From: Candidatus Sysuimicrobiota bacterium
GTDB taxonomy: Bacteria; Sysuimicrobiota; Sysuimicrobiia; Sysuimicrobiales; Sysuimicrobiaceae
Direction: 5' to 3'
DNA: 19,187 nt
Assembly (NCBI GenBank): GCA_040289515.1
Contig: PSLI01000037.1
Location: forward strand, 1-19,187
Made by a program: the position numbers and the translations under genes. The notes under the pieces are model-generated. The model searched no databases. It was not told where the DNA came from and saw only the letters and a list, made by a program, of their open reading frames with translations. Shown here piece by piece: positions 1 to 8,612 of this stretch. Positions within the stretch are counted from its first letter, which is position 1. Each line of letters opens with the position of its first letter.

Positions 1-2
1 TC

Positions 3-575
3 GCCCGGTCGATCGAGGCGCTCCGCCAGCGCGACCTGGCGGAGGCGCGACGGATCATCGCCGACGACCAGGAGATCAACCGGAAACGGTACGATATCGA
101 GGAGAAGGCGCTCCTGCTCATCGCCACGCAGCAGCCGATGGCCTCGGACCTGCGCAAGATCGCCGCCGTCCTCTACATCGCCACCGAACTGGAACGGATC
201 GCCGACCACGCCAAGGGCAACGCCAAGATCAATCTCCTTATGGGCAAGGAGCCCCTCCTCAAGCCCCTGGTGGACATCCCCTACATGGAGCGGCTGGTGC
301 AGGAGATGCTGCAGGACGCCCTGCAGGCCTTCGTGCGTCGGGACGCGGCCCTGGCGGAGTCCCTGGCGCAGAAGGATGATGTGGTGGACGCCCTGCGCAG
401 CCAGGTGTTCCGGGAGCTCATCACGTACATGGTGGAGGACCCCCGCACCATCTCCCGCGCCCTGGACCTCATCCTGGTGGCGCAGCACCTGGAGCGGGCC
501 GCGGATCACGTTACCAACGTGGCGGAGCGCGTCGTCTACATGGTCACCGGTGAGTTGCGGGAGCTGAACGTGTGA
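3..575 (+). CDS. phoU: Phosphate signalling complex protein PhoU (5'-truncated by window edge)
   Basis: The frame is open from nt 3 ([51 protein letters not shown]). It contains both PhoU repeats with the signatures 'QQPMASDLR', 'ELERIADH' and '[24 protein letters not shown]'. Confidence 0.96.
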   Translation, partial: ARSIEALRQRDLAEARRIIADDQEINRKRYDIEEKALLLIATQQPMASDLRKIAAVLYIATELERIADHAKGNAKINLLMGKEPLLKPLVDIPYMERLVQEMLQDALQAFVRRDAALAESLAQKDDVVDALRSQVFRELITYMVEDPRTISRALDLILVAQHLERAADHVTNVAERVVYMVTGELRELNV

Positions 576-986
576 TGCGGGTCCTGTTTCTATGCACGGG
601 CAACTCGGCGCGTTCGCAAATGGCGGAAGGGTGGCTGCGGACCCTGTCGGGAGGTCGGGTGGAGGTGGCCAGCGCGGGCACCCACCCCAGAGGACTGCAC
701 CCCCTGGCGGTGCGGGTGATGGCAGAACGGGGGGGTTGACATCTCCGGCCACCGGTCCAAATCCATCTCGGAGCTGGGCGGACAGACCTTCGACCTGGTG
801 GTCACCGTGTGCGACCGGGCGCGGCAGAGCTGCCCCGCTTTCCCCGGGGCGCGGACTTTGCACTGGGACCTTCCGGATCCCGCGGAGGTGCAGCCCGACG
901 AGGAGGCTCTGCGCGCCTTCCGGGCCTTGCGGGACGAGCTGGAGCGCCGCGTGCGGGAGCTGTTGGACTCCCTGAAGGCGGGATAG
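575..986 (+). pseudogene. arsC: Thioredoxin-dependent arsenate reductase (LMW-PTP fold), frameshifted at a G7 run (729-735); real pseudogene or sequencing error
   Basis: ATG at 575 overlaps the phoU stop (TGATG). It reads [20 protein letters not shown]...SAGTHP...[13 protein letters not shown] (P-loop CX5R) with a stop at 737-739. Removing one G continues [38 protein letters not shown]...HWDLPDP...FRALRDELERRV to TAG at 984-986, giving about 136 aa with the resolving Cys pair (VCD...SCP). Confidence 0.9.
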
Positions 987-992
987 CGGGGC

Positions 993-1001
993 TGGTATAA
1001 T
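993..1001 (+). promoter_or_regulatory. Extended -10 sigma70-type promoter for rplY
   Basis: TGGTATAAT (TG-n-TATAAT), a perfect consensus in a GC-rich background, 32 nt upstream of the ATG. SD-like GGGAGGGG lies at 1023-1030. Confidence 0.75.
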
Positions 1002-1033
1002 GGCAGCTTGGGCTTCCGGCCCGGGAGGGGACC

Positions 1034-1684
1034 ATGCAGCGGTTGACCCTGGAAGTGCAGGCCCGAAAGGAGCGCGGCAAGTCCGCAGCCCGCCAGCTGC
1101 GGCGGGCGGGCCGCGTCCCCGGTGTGCTGTACGGGCGCGGGATCGAGCCGTTGCCCATCAGCGTGGAGCTGCGGGCCCTGGAGGCGACCCTCCAGAAGGC
1201 CGCGGGCGGGAACGTGCTCCTGGACGTGGTGGTACGGGAGGACGGCCAGGCTCGTACGGAGCTGGCCATGCTGCAGGACCTCCAGCGGGATGTGCTGACG
1301 CGGCGGATTCTGCACGTGGACCTGCACCGGGTGAGCCTCACGGAGAAGGTGTACACGCGGCTTCCGGTGCGTCTGCTGGGGGAGGCGCGGGGCGTTCGAG
1401 AGGGCGGCGTGCTGGAACTTCTGCGGCACGAGGTGGAGGTGAGCGGCTACCCCACCGACCTGCCGGACCACCTAGAGCTGGATGTCTCCGACCTGGGCGT
1501 GGGCCACTCCCTGCACGTGCGGGATCTGCGGGTACCCCCGGGGGTGGCGGTCCTCACGCCCGCGGACGAGACCCTGGTGACGGTCCTGGCCCCTGCGGTG
1601 GCGCCGGAAGAGGCGGCCGCAGCGGAGGAAATGCCCGCCCAGCCCGAGGTGGTGGCTAAGGGCAAGGCGGCGGAGGAGGAGTAG
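1034..1684 (+). CDS. rplY: 50S ribosomal protein L25 / general stress protein Ctc (long form, TL5-like)
   Basis: Motifs 'RQLRRAGRVPGVLYG', 'ILHVDLHRV', 'GVREGGVL' and 'LDVSDLGVGHSLHVRDL', an acidic tail ending 'PEVVAKGKAAEEE', and the conserved rplY-pth gene order. Confidence 0.97.
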   Translation: MQRLTLEVQARKERGKSAARQLRRAGRVPGVLYGRGIEPLPISVELRALEATLQKAAGGNVLLDVVVREDGQARTELAMLQDLQRDVLTRRILHVDLHRVSLTEKVYTRLPVRLLGEARGVREGGVLELLRHEVEVSGYPTDLPDHLELDVSDLGVGHSLHVRDLRVPPGVAVLTPADETLVTVLAPAVAPEEAAAAEEMPAQPEVVAKGKAAEEE

Positions 1685-1698
1685 CGAAGCTGGGGCGC

Positions 1699-1731
1699 AG
1701 CGGGGGCGCATCGGCGCCCCCGCTTTCCTTT
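1699..1731 (+). terminator. Rho-independent terminator after rplY
   Basis: Perfect 11-bp stem AGCGGGGGCGC (1699-1709), loop ATCG, GCGCCCCCGCT (1714-1724), followed by the T-rich TTCCTTT. Confidence 0.8.
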
Positions 1732-1753
1732 CCTACCGGGTTCTACCGGGCGG

Positions 1754-1759
1754 TACACT
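1754..1759 (+). promoter_or_regulatory. Putative -10 element (TACACT) of a leaderless pth promoter
   Basis: TANNNT hexamer exactly 7 nt before the pth ATG and downstream of the rplY terminator. GGAG is only 2 nt from the ATG, too close to act as an SD. Confidence 0.55.
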
Positions 1760-1766
1760 GGGAGCG

Positions 1767-2339
1767 ATGAGGCTGGTGGTGGGCCTTGGCAACCCCGGGC
1801 GCCGGTACCGCGGAACCCGCCACAACGTGGGGTTCGAGGTGGTGGAGCGGCTGGCTCGGCGCTGGGGCGCCCGCTTTCGTGCGGAGGGCAAGGCGGAGGT
1901 GGCGGAGGCGGAGTTCGCAGGGCAGCCCGTGGTGCTGGCCAAGCCCCTCACCTACATGAACGTCAGCGGCGAGGCGGTACAGGAGCTGGTCCACCGGTGG
2001 GATCTGGACCCCCGGCAGGTGCTGGTGGTGTACGACGACATGGACCTGCCCGTGGGGAGGGTGCGGGTGCGGGCGCGGGGCAGCTCGGGCGGGCACCGGG
2101 GAATGGGCTCCGTCCTGGAAGCCCTGGGCACGCGGGAGGTGCCCCGGGTACGGGTGGGAATCGGGCGGCCGGACCAGGACGCCACGGACCACGTGCTGTC
2201 AGGCTTTGAACCCTTTGAGCGGGCGCAGGTGGAGGAGGCCCTGGAGCGGGCGGCAGACGCAGTGGAGGTGGCCCTGCGGGAGGGCCTGCACCGCGCCATG
2301 GATCGGTTCAACCGGAAGGCGGTGGTGGCGGCGGGGTGA
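1767..2339 (+). CDS. pth: Peptidyl-tRNA hydrolase
   Basis: 'LVVGLGNPG..Y..TRHNVGF', 'KPLTYMNVSG', 'VVYDDMDLP', 'GSSGGHRG', 'RVRVGIGRP', 'DHVLS'. Confidence 0.98.
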   Translation: MRLVVGLGNPGRRYRGTRHNVGFEVVERLARRWGARFRAEGKAEVAEAEFAGQPVVLAKPLTYMNVSGEAVQELVHRWDLDPRQVLVVYDDMDLPVGRVRVRARGSSGGHRGMGSVLEALGTREVPRVRVGIGRPDQDATDHVLSGFEPFERAQVEEALERAADAVEVALREGLHRAMDRFNRKAVVAAG

Positions 2340-3097
2340 GGCTGGTGGCGCGTGAGGACCGGCCCATGACGTGGATCGAGCACCTGGAGGAGTTGCGGCA
2401 GCGGCTCCTGTGGAGTTTGTTGGGCCTGGCCGCGGGGACGGCCGCGTCCTGGAACTTCTCGGAGGCGCTGCTGCGGGTACTCCTGCAGCCCACGGGGGGC
2501 ATGCAGCTGTACGCCATCGGCATGCTGGAACCCTTCCTGGCACGGTTCCGGGTGGCGGTGACCGGAGGGCTGGCCCTGTCCATGCCGTGGATTGTTTACC
2601 AGATGTTCCGGTTCGTGGACCCGGCCCTCAAGCCCCACGAACGCCGCGTGCTGGTGCCCGTGAGCCTGGCGGCCGGGTTGCTGTTCACCGCAGGTGCCGT
2701 CTTCGGTTACTTCTTCATCCTGCCTGCGGCCGCCAGCTGGCTGCTGGCCCAGGCCGGGCAGGTGATCCGGGTGCAGGTAACGGCCCTCAACTACCTGAGC
2801 TTTGTCACGTGGCTGCTGGTCGGGATGGGGTTGGGTTTTCAAACACCTCTGCTGGTGGTGGCCGCGTGCGCTTTGGGCCTCACGACCCCGCAGCGGCTGC
2901 AACGGGAGTGGAAGCTGGCCCTGATGGTGATCCTGGTGGTGTCCGCGGCGGTGACCCCGGACTGGAGTCCCGTTACCATGTTCCTGTTGGCGCTGCCCAT
3001 GTTTGCCCTGTATGAGGGGGCGGTGCTCGTCTCCTTCCTGATCACCCGCAGACATCAGGAGGAGGCGGAGGAGGCCGCGTGGCAGCCGGACGTGTGA
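2336..3097 (+). CDS. tatC: Twin-arginine translocase subunit TatC
   Basis: 'MTWIEHLEELRQRL', 'YQMFRFVDPALKPHERR', 'GLGFQTP' and 'AAVTPDWSPVTMFLLALPMFALYE', with six hydrophobic segments. GTGA overlap with the pth stop. Confidence 0.96.
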   Translation: MRLVAREDRPMTWIEHLEELRQRLLWSLLGLAAGTAASWNFSEALLRVLLQPTGGMQLYAIGMLEPFLARFRVAVTGGLALSMPWIVYQMFRFVDPALKPHERRVLVPVSLAAGLLFTAGAVFGYFFILPAAASWLLAQAGQVIRVQVTALNYLSFVTWLLVGMGLGFQTPLLVVAACALGLTTPQRLQREWKLALMVILVVSAAVTPDWSPVTMFLLALPMFALYEGAVLVSFLITRRHQEEAEEAAWQPDV

Positions 3098-3711
3098 AGG
3101 AGGGAGCCTTGGAGAATGTGCGGCAACCCCGGGTCCCGCCGGGACAGCACGTGACGGACCAGTGGCCGGTGCTGCACTACGGGTCGGTTCCTCGGGTTGA
3201 CCTCGCCCGGTGGCGGTTCCGGGTGTTCGGGGCCGTGGCGGAAGAGCAAACGTGGACCTACGAGGCCTTCTTGCAGCTGGGCCACGCGGAGGTGCGCTGT
3301 GACGTGCACTGCGTGACCCGGTGGAGCCGCCTGGACAACCATTTCGCGGGGGTACCGGCGCGGGCCGTGCTGCGGGCGGTGCGGGTCCAGCCGGGGGCGC
3401 GGTGGGTGATGGTGCGCGCGGAGGAAGGGTACACCACCAACCTGCGGGTGGAGGACCTGGACCGGGACGAGGTGCTGTTCGCCACTCACCATGACGGCCG
3501 GCCCCTGTCGCCGGAGCACGGCTGGCCCGTGCGCCTGGTGGTTCCCCACCTGTACTTCTGGAAGAGTGCCAAGTGGGTGCGGGGGCTGGAGTTCCTCACG
3601 GAGGAGCGATTGGGCTTCTGGGAAGCCGCGGGCTACCACCGGCGGGGGGACCCCTGGCGGGAGGAGCGGTTCGCGGACGAGCCCGAGTCCTGGCGCACGG
3701 CAGGGAGGTGA
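3079..3711 (+). CDS. Sulfite oxidase-like molybdopterin-dependent oxidoreductase (YuiH-like, cytoplasmic)
   Basis: 'RVPPGQ....WPVLHYG', Mo-ligand Cys in 'DVHCVTRWS', 'GYTTNL', 'EHGWPVRLVVPHLYFWKSAKWVRGLEF', 'GFWE..GYH.RGDPWREERF'. The start could instead be TTG at 3109 (GGAGG at 3099-3103). Confidence 0.9.
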   Translation: MAAGRVKEGALENVRQPRVPPGQHVTDQWPVLHYGSVPRVDLARWRFRVFGAVAEEQTWTYEAFLQLGHAEVRCDVHCVTRWSRLDNHFAGVPARAVLRAVRVQPGARWVMVRAEEGYTTNLRVEDLDRDEVLFATHHDGRPLSPEHGWPVRLVVPHLYFWKSAKWVRGLEFLTEERLGFWEAAGYHRRGDPWREERFADEPESWRTAGR

Positions 3712-3717
3712 GGGGAG

Positions 3718-5682
3718 TTGGCCGGGCGCTTCTACGTCACCACGGCCATCGACTACGTGAACGCCACGCCCCACATCGGGCACGCATACGAGAAGATCCT
3801 GGCCGACGTCCTGGCACGCTACCACCGGCTCGCGGGGGAGGAGGTGTTCTTCCTCACGGGGACAGACGAGCATGGCCAGAACATCGTGAACGCCGCCGCG
3901 CAGGCACAGGAGGCCGTGCAGGCCTTTGTGGACCGCAACGCGGCCGCTTTCCAGCAGCTGTGCCGCGACCTGAACCTGTCCAACGATGACTTCATCCGCA
4001 CCACGGACCGGCAGCGCCACTGGCCCGCAGTACAGGAGATCTGGCGGCGGGTGGCGGCCGCCGGCGACCTGTACAAGAAGCACTACCGGGCCCTGTACTG
4101 CGTGCAGTGCGAGGCCTTCGTGACCCTGAGCGAGCTGGTGGACGGGCGCTGCCCCCGCCACCGGACGGAGCCCCAGGTCGTGGAGGAGGAGAACTACTTC
4201 TTCCGCCTCTCCCGGTACCGGGAGCACCTGCGGCGCCTTTTCGAGGAGCGGCCGGACTTCGTCGTGCCGGAGAGCCGGCACGCGGAGATGCGCCAGCTGG
4301 TGGACACCCTGGAGGACGTGTCCGTGTCCCGACCGGTGGAGAAGCTGTCGTGGGGCATTCCGGTCCCGGAGGATACAGGTCACGTCATCTACGTGTGGTT
4401 CGACGCCCTCACCAACTACATCAGCGCCATCGGCTTCGCACGGGACGAGGAGCGCTTCCGGACCTGGTGGCCCGCCCACCACGTCATCGGCAAGGACATC
4501 AACCGGTTCCACTCCCTCCTGTGGCCCGCCATGCTGCTCAGCGCCGGGCTGGAGCCGCCCCGGCAGGTGTTGGTACACGGCTTTTTGACCCTGGAGGGGC
4601 AGAAGATCAGCAAAACGCTGGGCAACGTGGTGGACCCCGTGGCGGTGGCCCGGGAGCTGGCCCAGCGCAGCGGTGCGGAGCTGGAGGTGTGTGTGGACGC
4701 GGTCCGCTATTTCCTGGTGCGCGAGGTGCCCTTCGGCCAGGACGGGGACTTCAGCCGGGTGCAGCTGGTGGCGCGGTTCAACGCAGACCTGGCCAACGAC
4801 TACGGCAACCTTTTGAACCGCACCCTGCCCCTGGTGGAGCGGTACTTCCACGGGTATCTGCCCGAACCGGGGCCAGAGGAGGGCGGGGACGGGGAACTGC
4901 GGCATCTGGCGGAGGGGTTGGCCGAGGTGGTGTGGGAGGCGGTGCAGCGGTGCGACCTGTCCCGGGCCCTCTTCAGCGTGTGGCAGCTTTTGGGGGCGGC
5001 CAACCGCTACCTGGACCGGGAGGCCCCGTGGAACCTGCACCGGTCGGGCCAGCGGGAGCGGGCGGGTACGGTGCTGGTCAACACCCTGGAGGCCCTGCGG
5101 GTGGCCACCGTGCTGCTGGAGCCCGTGCTGCCTACGGCCACCCTGAAGGTGTGGTCGCAGCTGAGCTACCCGGAGTTCGAGGAACGCGCACGGCAGGTGC
5201 GAGAGCGCGGCGAGTCCTACCGCGGGACGGGCCTGCGGCTGGAGGATGCTCGCCGGTGGCGCTGGCTGCGTCCGGGCAGGCGGGTGCGGCCAGGCCCGCC
5301 CGTGTTCCCCCGGGTGGAGGAGGCAAGGCCGCCGCGGGTGGAGGAGGAAGCGGTGCAGCAGACCCTGAGTTTAGAAGAGTTCCGCAAGCTGGACCTGCGG
5401 GTGGGCCGGGTGGTGGAGGCCCGGCGGGTGCCGGGCACCGACAAGCTCATCGAGGCGCGGGTGGACCTGGGCAGCGAGGTGCGGACCATCGTCACAGGCC
5501 TCGTGCCCGAGTACCAGGCCGACGAGCTGGTGGGCAAGACCATCGTTGTGGTGGCCAACCTGGAGCCGCGCAGGGTCCGGGGCGTGGAGTCCCGCGGCAT
5601 GCTGCTGGCCGCGGAGTGGGACGGCCGGCTGAGCCTGGTGACCCTGGACCGGGAGCTCCCTCCGGGGGCGCGGGTGTCGTGA
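3718..5682 (+). CDS. metG: Methionine--tRNA ligase with C-terminal tRNA-binding (OB) domain
   Basis: 'FYVTTAIDYVNATPHIGH' (HIGH), 'TGTDEHG', Zn knuckle CVQC...CPRH, 'YVWFDALTNY', 'IGKDI.RFH', 'KISKT' (KMSKS), C-terminal 'LDLRVGRV...ANLEPRRVRGVESRGMLLAA'. TTG start. Confidence 0.98.
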   Translation: MAGRFYVTTAIDYVNATPHIGHAYEKILADVLARYHRLAGEEVFFLTGTDEHGQNIVNAAAQAQEAVQAFVDRNAAAFQQLCRDLNLSNDDFIRTTDRQRHWPAVQEIWRRVAAAGDLYKKHYRALYCVQCEAFVTLSELVDGRCPRHRTEPQVVEEENYFFRLSRYREHLRRLFEERPDFVVPESRHAEMRQLVDTLEDVSVSRPVEKLSWGIPVPEDTGHVIYVWFDALTNYISAIGFARDEERFRTWWPAHHVIGKDINRFHSLLWPAMLLSAGLEPPRQVLVHGFLTLEGQKISKTLGNVVDPVAVARELAQRSGAELEVCVDAVRYFLVREVPFGQDGDFSRVQLVARFNADLANDYGNLLNRTLPLVERYFHGYLPEPGPEEGGDGELRHLAEGLAEVVWEAVQRCDLSRALFSVWQLLGAANRYLDREAPWNLHRSGQRERAGTVLVNTLEALRVATVLLEPVLPTATLKVWSQLSYPEFEERARQVRERGESYRGTGLRLEDARRWRWLRPGRRVRPGPPVFPRVEEARPPRVEEEAVQQTLSLEEFRKLDLRVGRVVEARRVPGTDKLIEARVDLGSEVRTIVTGLVPEYQADELVGKTIVVVANLEPRRVRGVESRGMLLAAEWDGRLSLVTLDRELPPGARVS

Positions 5683-6440
5683 TCGACACCCACGTCCACC
5701 TGCACCACCCCGCCTTCGACCCCGACCGCGAGGAGGTCGTGACCCGGGCCCGGGCAGCGGGGCTGCAGGTGTTCGTTACCCTGGGGGTGGAGCGGCGCAG
5801 CAGCCAGGAGGCGGTGCGGCTGGCGGAGCACTTCGAGGGTGTGTACGCGGCGGTAGGGATCCACCCCCGCCAGGTGCTCAGCGCGCAGGCGGGCGACTGG
5901 GAGGCTCTAGCGGAGCTGGCCTGGCATCCGAAGGTGGTGGCCGTGGGCGAGTGTGGCCTGGACTACCAGCCTGGCGCACCTCCCATGGAGGTGCAGCAGG
6001 AGGCGCTGCGCTGGCACGTGCGACTGAGCCGGTTCTGCGGGAAGCCCCTGGTGGTGCACAACCGCGGAGCGGATGAGGATCTGCTGCGGATCCTGGAGCA
6101 GGAGGGCGCGCAGCGGGTGGTGATGCACATGTTCACGGGCGGGCCAGCGCACGCGGAAGCCTGCGCGGCGCGCGGGTACTGGATGTCGGTGGGCGGACCC
6201 GTCACAGACTGTCGCCGCGGGGAGCTGCGGCGCGCGGTGAGGGCCATCCCGGACCCCCTCCTGCTGGTGGAAACCGACGCTCCCTTTGCCGCGCCCGTGC
6301 CGTACCGGGGTCGGCGCAACGAGCCCGCCTACCTTCCGACGGTGGTGGAGGCCGTGGCCTCCCTGCGGGGGAAAAGGGCGGCGGTGCTGGCAGCGCTCAC
6401 GGCGGAGAACGCACGGCGATGCTTCGGGCTACCCCGCTAG
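5679..6440 (+). CDS. tatD: TatD family deoxyribonuclease
   Basis: GTG at 5679 overlaps the metG stop (this is the C-terminal part of the listed 4107..6440 ORF). Motifs 'IDTHVHL', 'AVGIHP', 'AVGECGLDY', 'VVHNR', 'MHMF', 'LLVETDAPF', 'RNEPA'. The metG-tatD order is conserved in many bacteria. Confidence 0.95.
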   Translation: MIDTHVHLHHPAFDPDREEVVTRARAAGLQVFVTLGVERRSSQEAVRLAEHFEGVYAAVGIHPRQVLSAQAGDWEALAELAWHPKVVAVGECGLDYQPGAPPMEVQQEALRWHVRLSRFCGKPLVVHNRGADEDLLRILEQEGAQRVVMHMFTGGPAHAEACAARGYWMSVGGPVTDCRRGELRRAVRAIPDPLLLVETDAPFAAPVPYRGRRNEPAYLPTVVEAVASLRGKRAAVLAALTAENARRCFGLPR

Positions 6441-7486
6441 CCCTGGCCCTCCTGTTGGGCGCGCCTGTGGCGGCCCACACGGGGCCGGACCGCGCGGAGG
6501 TGGAGGCGGGCCGCCGCGCGGGCGCTCAGATCGAGCGGGTGCTGCGGGTGGTTACAGATCCCGCGGTGAGCGAACGGGTCACCCGGATGGGCACGCAGAT
6601 CGCGGCGGTGACGGAGCGGCCGCAACTGCCGTGGACCTTCAAGGTGGTGGAGCACCGCACACCCAACGCCGTGGCGCTGCCGGGAGGCTTCGTGTACGTC
6701 ACCTCCGCCATGGTGGCCCGCACCCGCACCGACCACGAGCTGGCAGCCCTGCTGGCCCACGAGGCCGCCCACGTGGCTTTGCGGCACCACCAGCGCATGG
6801 AGCGGGAGGTGACCCGTGCCAATCTTCTGACAATGCTGGTAGCCGTCCTGGCTCGGGACGCGCGGGTGGGGGCGGGCGCGCAGTTGGTGGCGGGCGGCAT
6901 CCTCAGCGCCTTCGGACGGGACCTGGAGCGCGAGGCGGACGTGGCCGCCGTGCGCTACCTGGTGCAGACGTCCTGGCACGCCGTGGGGGTGCTGACCCTG
7001 TTGGAGCGCCTGGCCCGGGAGGACCTGCTGTCCGGCGGTGTAGACCTCGGGGCGTTCCGGACGCACCCCACGTGGGCGGAGCGGCTGCAGGCGGTGGAAG
7101 GGGAGCTGGTGCGCCTGGGGGTTCCCCTCCACCGGAGGGTGGCGGCGGGCTTTTTGCGGGTCTCGGTGGATGAGGAGGGAGAGGTGGGCGTGGTGCGGGT
7201 GAACGGCACACCCGTGCTGCGACTCAGCGGGGGGCGGGACCGTGCCGCGGAGGTGGCCGCCCGGCTGGATCGCGTCTTCAACGAGGACCCCTCCCCCCTG
7301 GACGTGCGGGCGGTAGGCGTGCTGGGCGAGTGGACGGTCCGCATCGGTGACGAGCGGGTGCTGGTGGTGGCCGCGGAGGACGTGCGGCTGTTCGGCCGCG
7401 ACGCCCGCGCCCTCGCCCAGGAGTCCGCGCAGCGGCTGCGGGAGGCCATCGCGGAGGACCGCCGGCGCCGGGCCCTGGAGGGGTAG
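6419..7486 (+). CDS. Exported M48-family (BepA/YfgC-like) zinc metallopeptidase with an extra C-terminal domain
   Basis: Signal-like N-terminus (MLRATPLALALLLGAPVAA), 'PNAVALPGG.VYV', HEXXH = HEAAH, 'EREAD', 'RTHP....RL', followed by about 110 aa of C-terminal extension. Confidence 0.88.
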   Translation: MLRATPLALALLLGAPVAAHTGPDRAEVEAGRRAGAQIERVLRVVTDPAVSERVTRMGTQIAAVTERPQLPWTFKVVEHRTPNAVALPGGFVYVTSAMVARTRTDHELAALLAHEAAHVALRHHQRMEREVTRANLLTMLVAVLARDARVGAGAQLVAGGILSAFGRDLEREADVAAVRYLVQTSWHAVGVLTLLERLAREDLLSGGVDLGAFRTHPTWAERLQAVEGELVRLGVPLHRRVAAGFLRVSVDEEGEVGVVRVNGTPVLRLSGGRDRAAEVAARLDRVFNEDPSPLDVRAVGVLGEWTVRIGDERVLVVAAEDVRLFGRDARALAQESAQRLREAIAEDRRRRALEG

Positions 7487-7575
7487 ACAGCTGCGGTTCG
7501 ACATGCCGGGACCGGCCCGTGCAGGCCCCAGGGTACGAGCAAGCGAGAGGCGACACCCTGGAGGGGAGGACCGAG

Positions 7576-8592
7576 GTGAGCGAGCTTAAGATCGACGCCT
7601 TCTGCCACGTGCTGCCGGAGGGGTACTACCGGCGGATGCTGCAGCAGCTGCCGGGCGGTGCGTACATGCAGAAGCGCGTGCGGGCCGTTCGGACCCTGTA
7701 CGACCTGGAGCAACGCTTCCGACTTATGGACGAGCACCCCGGCTACGTCCAGGTCATCTCTCTGGCGGCGCCCCCCATCGAGGCGGTGGCGCCGCCGGAA
7801 CGGTCGGAGGAGCTGGCGCGGGTGGCCAACGACGCCATGGCGGAACTGGTGCAGCGCTACCCGGACCGGTTTGTGGGCTTCGTAGCCTCCCTGCCCATGA
7901 ACAACCCGGAGGCCGCGCTGCGTGAGGCGGAACGGGCGGTCGGGGAGCTGGGGGCCACCGGAGTCCAGGTGTTCACCAACGTGAACGGTGCACCCCTGGA
8001 CCAGCCCGCTTACGAGCCCCTGTTCGCGCGGATGAGCCAGCTGGACCTTCCCGTGTGGGTGCACCCCACCCGGCCACCCGAGCAGGCCGACTACCCCACG
8101 GAGCGTCGGTCCAAGTACGACATCTGGTGGGCCTTCGGGTGGCCCTACGAGACCAGCGTGTTCATGGCGCGCCTGGTGTTCTGGGGGCTGTTCGACCGCT
8201 ACCCCCATTTGAAGATCCTTACCCATCACATGGGCGGGATGGTCCCGTATTTCGAGGGGCGCGTGAGCTGGGGGCTGGACCAGGTGGGCCTGCGGACGGA
8301 CGAGGCAGAGGACGTGCGAGCCAAGCAAGCCCTGCGGCGGCGGCCGGTGGACTACTTCCGCATGTTTTACGCGGACACCGCCCTGTTCGGGGCCCTTCCG
8401 GCCACGGAGTGCGGCATCGCCTTTTTCGGCCCCGAGCGGGTCCTGTTCGCCACCGACTTCCCCTTCGATCCGGAGGAAGGCGCGCTGTTCCTGCGGGAGA
8501 CCATTCGGGTGGTGGAGAACGTCTCCTTCCCCCCGGAAACCAAGCGGGCCATCTTCGAGGGTAATGCGCGGCGGCTGCTGCGCCTGCGGTGA
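7576..8592 (+). CDS. Amidohydrolase_2 family protein (ACMSD/LigW-like decarboxylase or hydrolase)
   Basis: 'KIDAFCHVLP', 'ARVANDAMAELVQRYPDRFVGFVASLP', 'PVWVHP', 'FGWPYETS', 'THHMGGMVP', 'FYADTA', 'VLFATDFPF'. GTG at 7576 is preceded by GGAGG; the listed ORF starts at 7519. Confidence 0.88.
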   Translation: MSELKIDAFCHVLPEGYYRRMLQQLPGGAYMQKRVRAVRTLYDLEQRFRLMDEHPGYVQVISLAAPPIEAVAPPERSEELARVANDAMAELVQRYPDRFVGFVASLPMNNPEAALREAERAVGELGATGVQVFTNVNGAPLDQPAYEPLFARMSQLDLPVWVHPTRPPEQADYPTERRSKYDIWWAFGWPYETSVFMARLVFWGLFDRYPHLKILTHHMGGMVPYFEGRVSWGLDQVGLRTDEAEDVRAKQALRRRPVDYFRMFYADTALFGALPATECGIAFFGPERVLFATDFPFDPEEGALFLRETIRVVENVSFPPETKRAIFEGNARRLLRLR

Positions 8593-8612
8593 TCGGGTTA
8601 AAGGAGGGTCCG

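Noticed and set aside
4107..5678. 777-aa ORF 4107..6440, and similar long N-terminal extensions on the yerC, hisG, hisD and hisC ORFs
   Set aside because: The upstream parts are Gly/Ala/Arg/Pro-rich off-frame shadows of the preceding genes in high-GC DNA. The real starts are the overlapping start codons at 5679, 12786, 14338, 14964 and 16289.
2336..6440. tatC, the molybdoprotein and tatD as a Tat export system
   Set aside because: The oxidoreductase has no twin-arginine signal, no tatA or tatB is in the window, and TatD is a cytoplasmic nuclease that routinely follows metG.
7487..7575. Inverted repeat CCAGGGT (7528-7534) / ACCCTGG (7555-7561) before the amidohydrolase as a riboswitch
   Set aside because: It is only 7 bp in GC-rich DNA, with no recognisable aptamer consensus or promoter.
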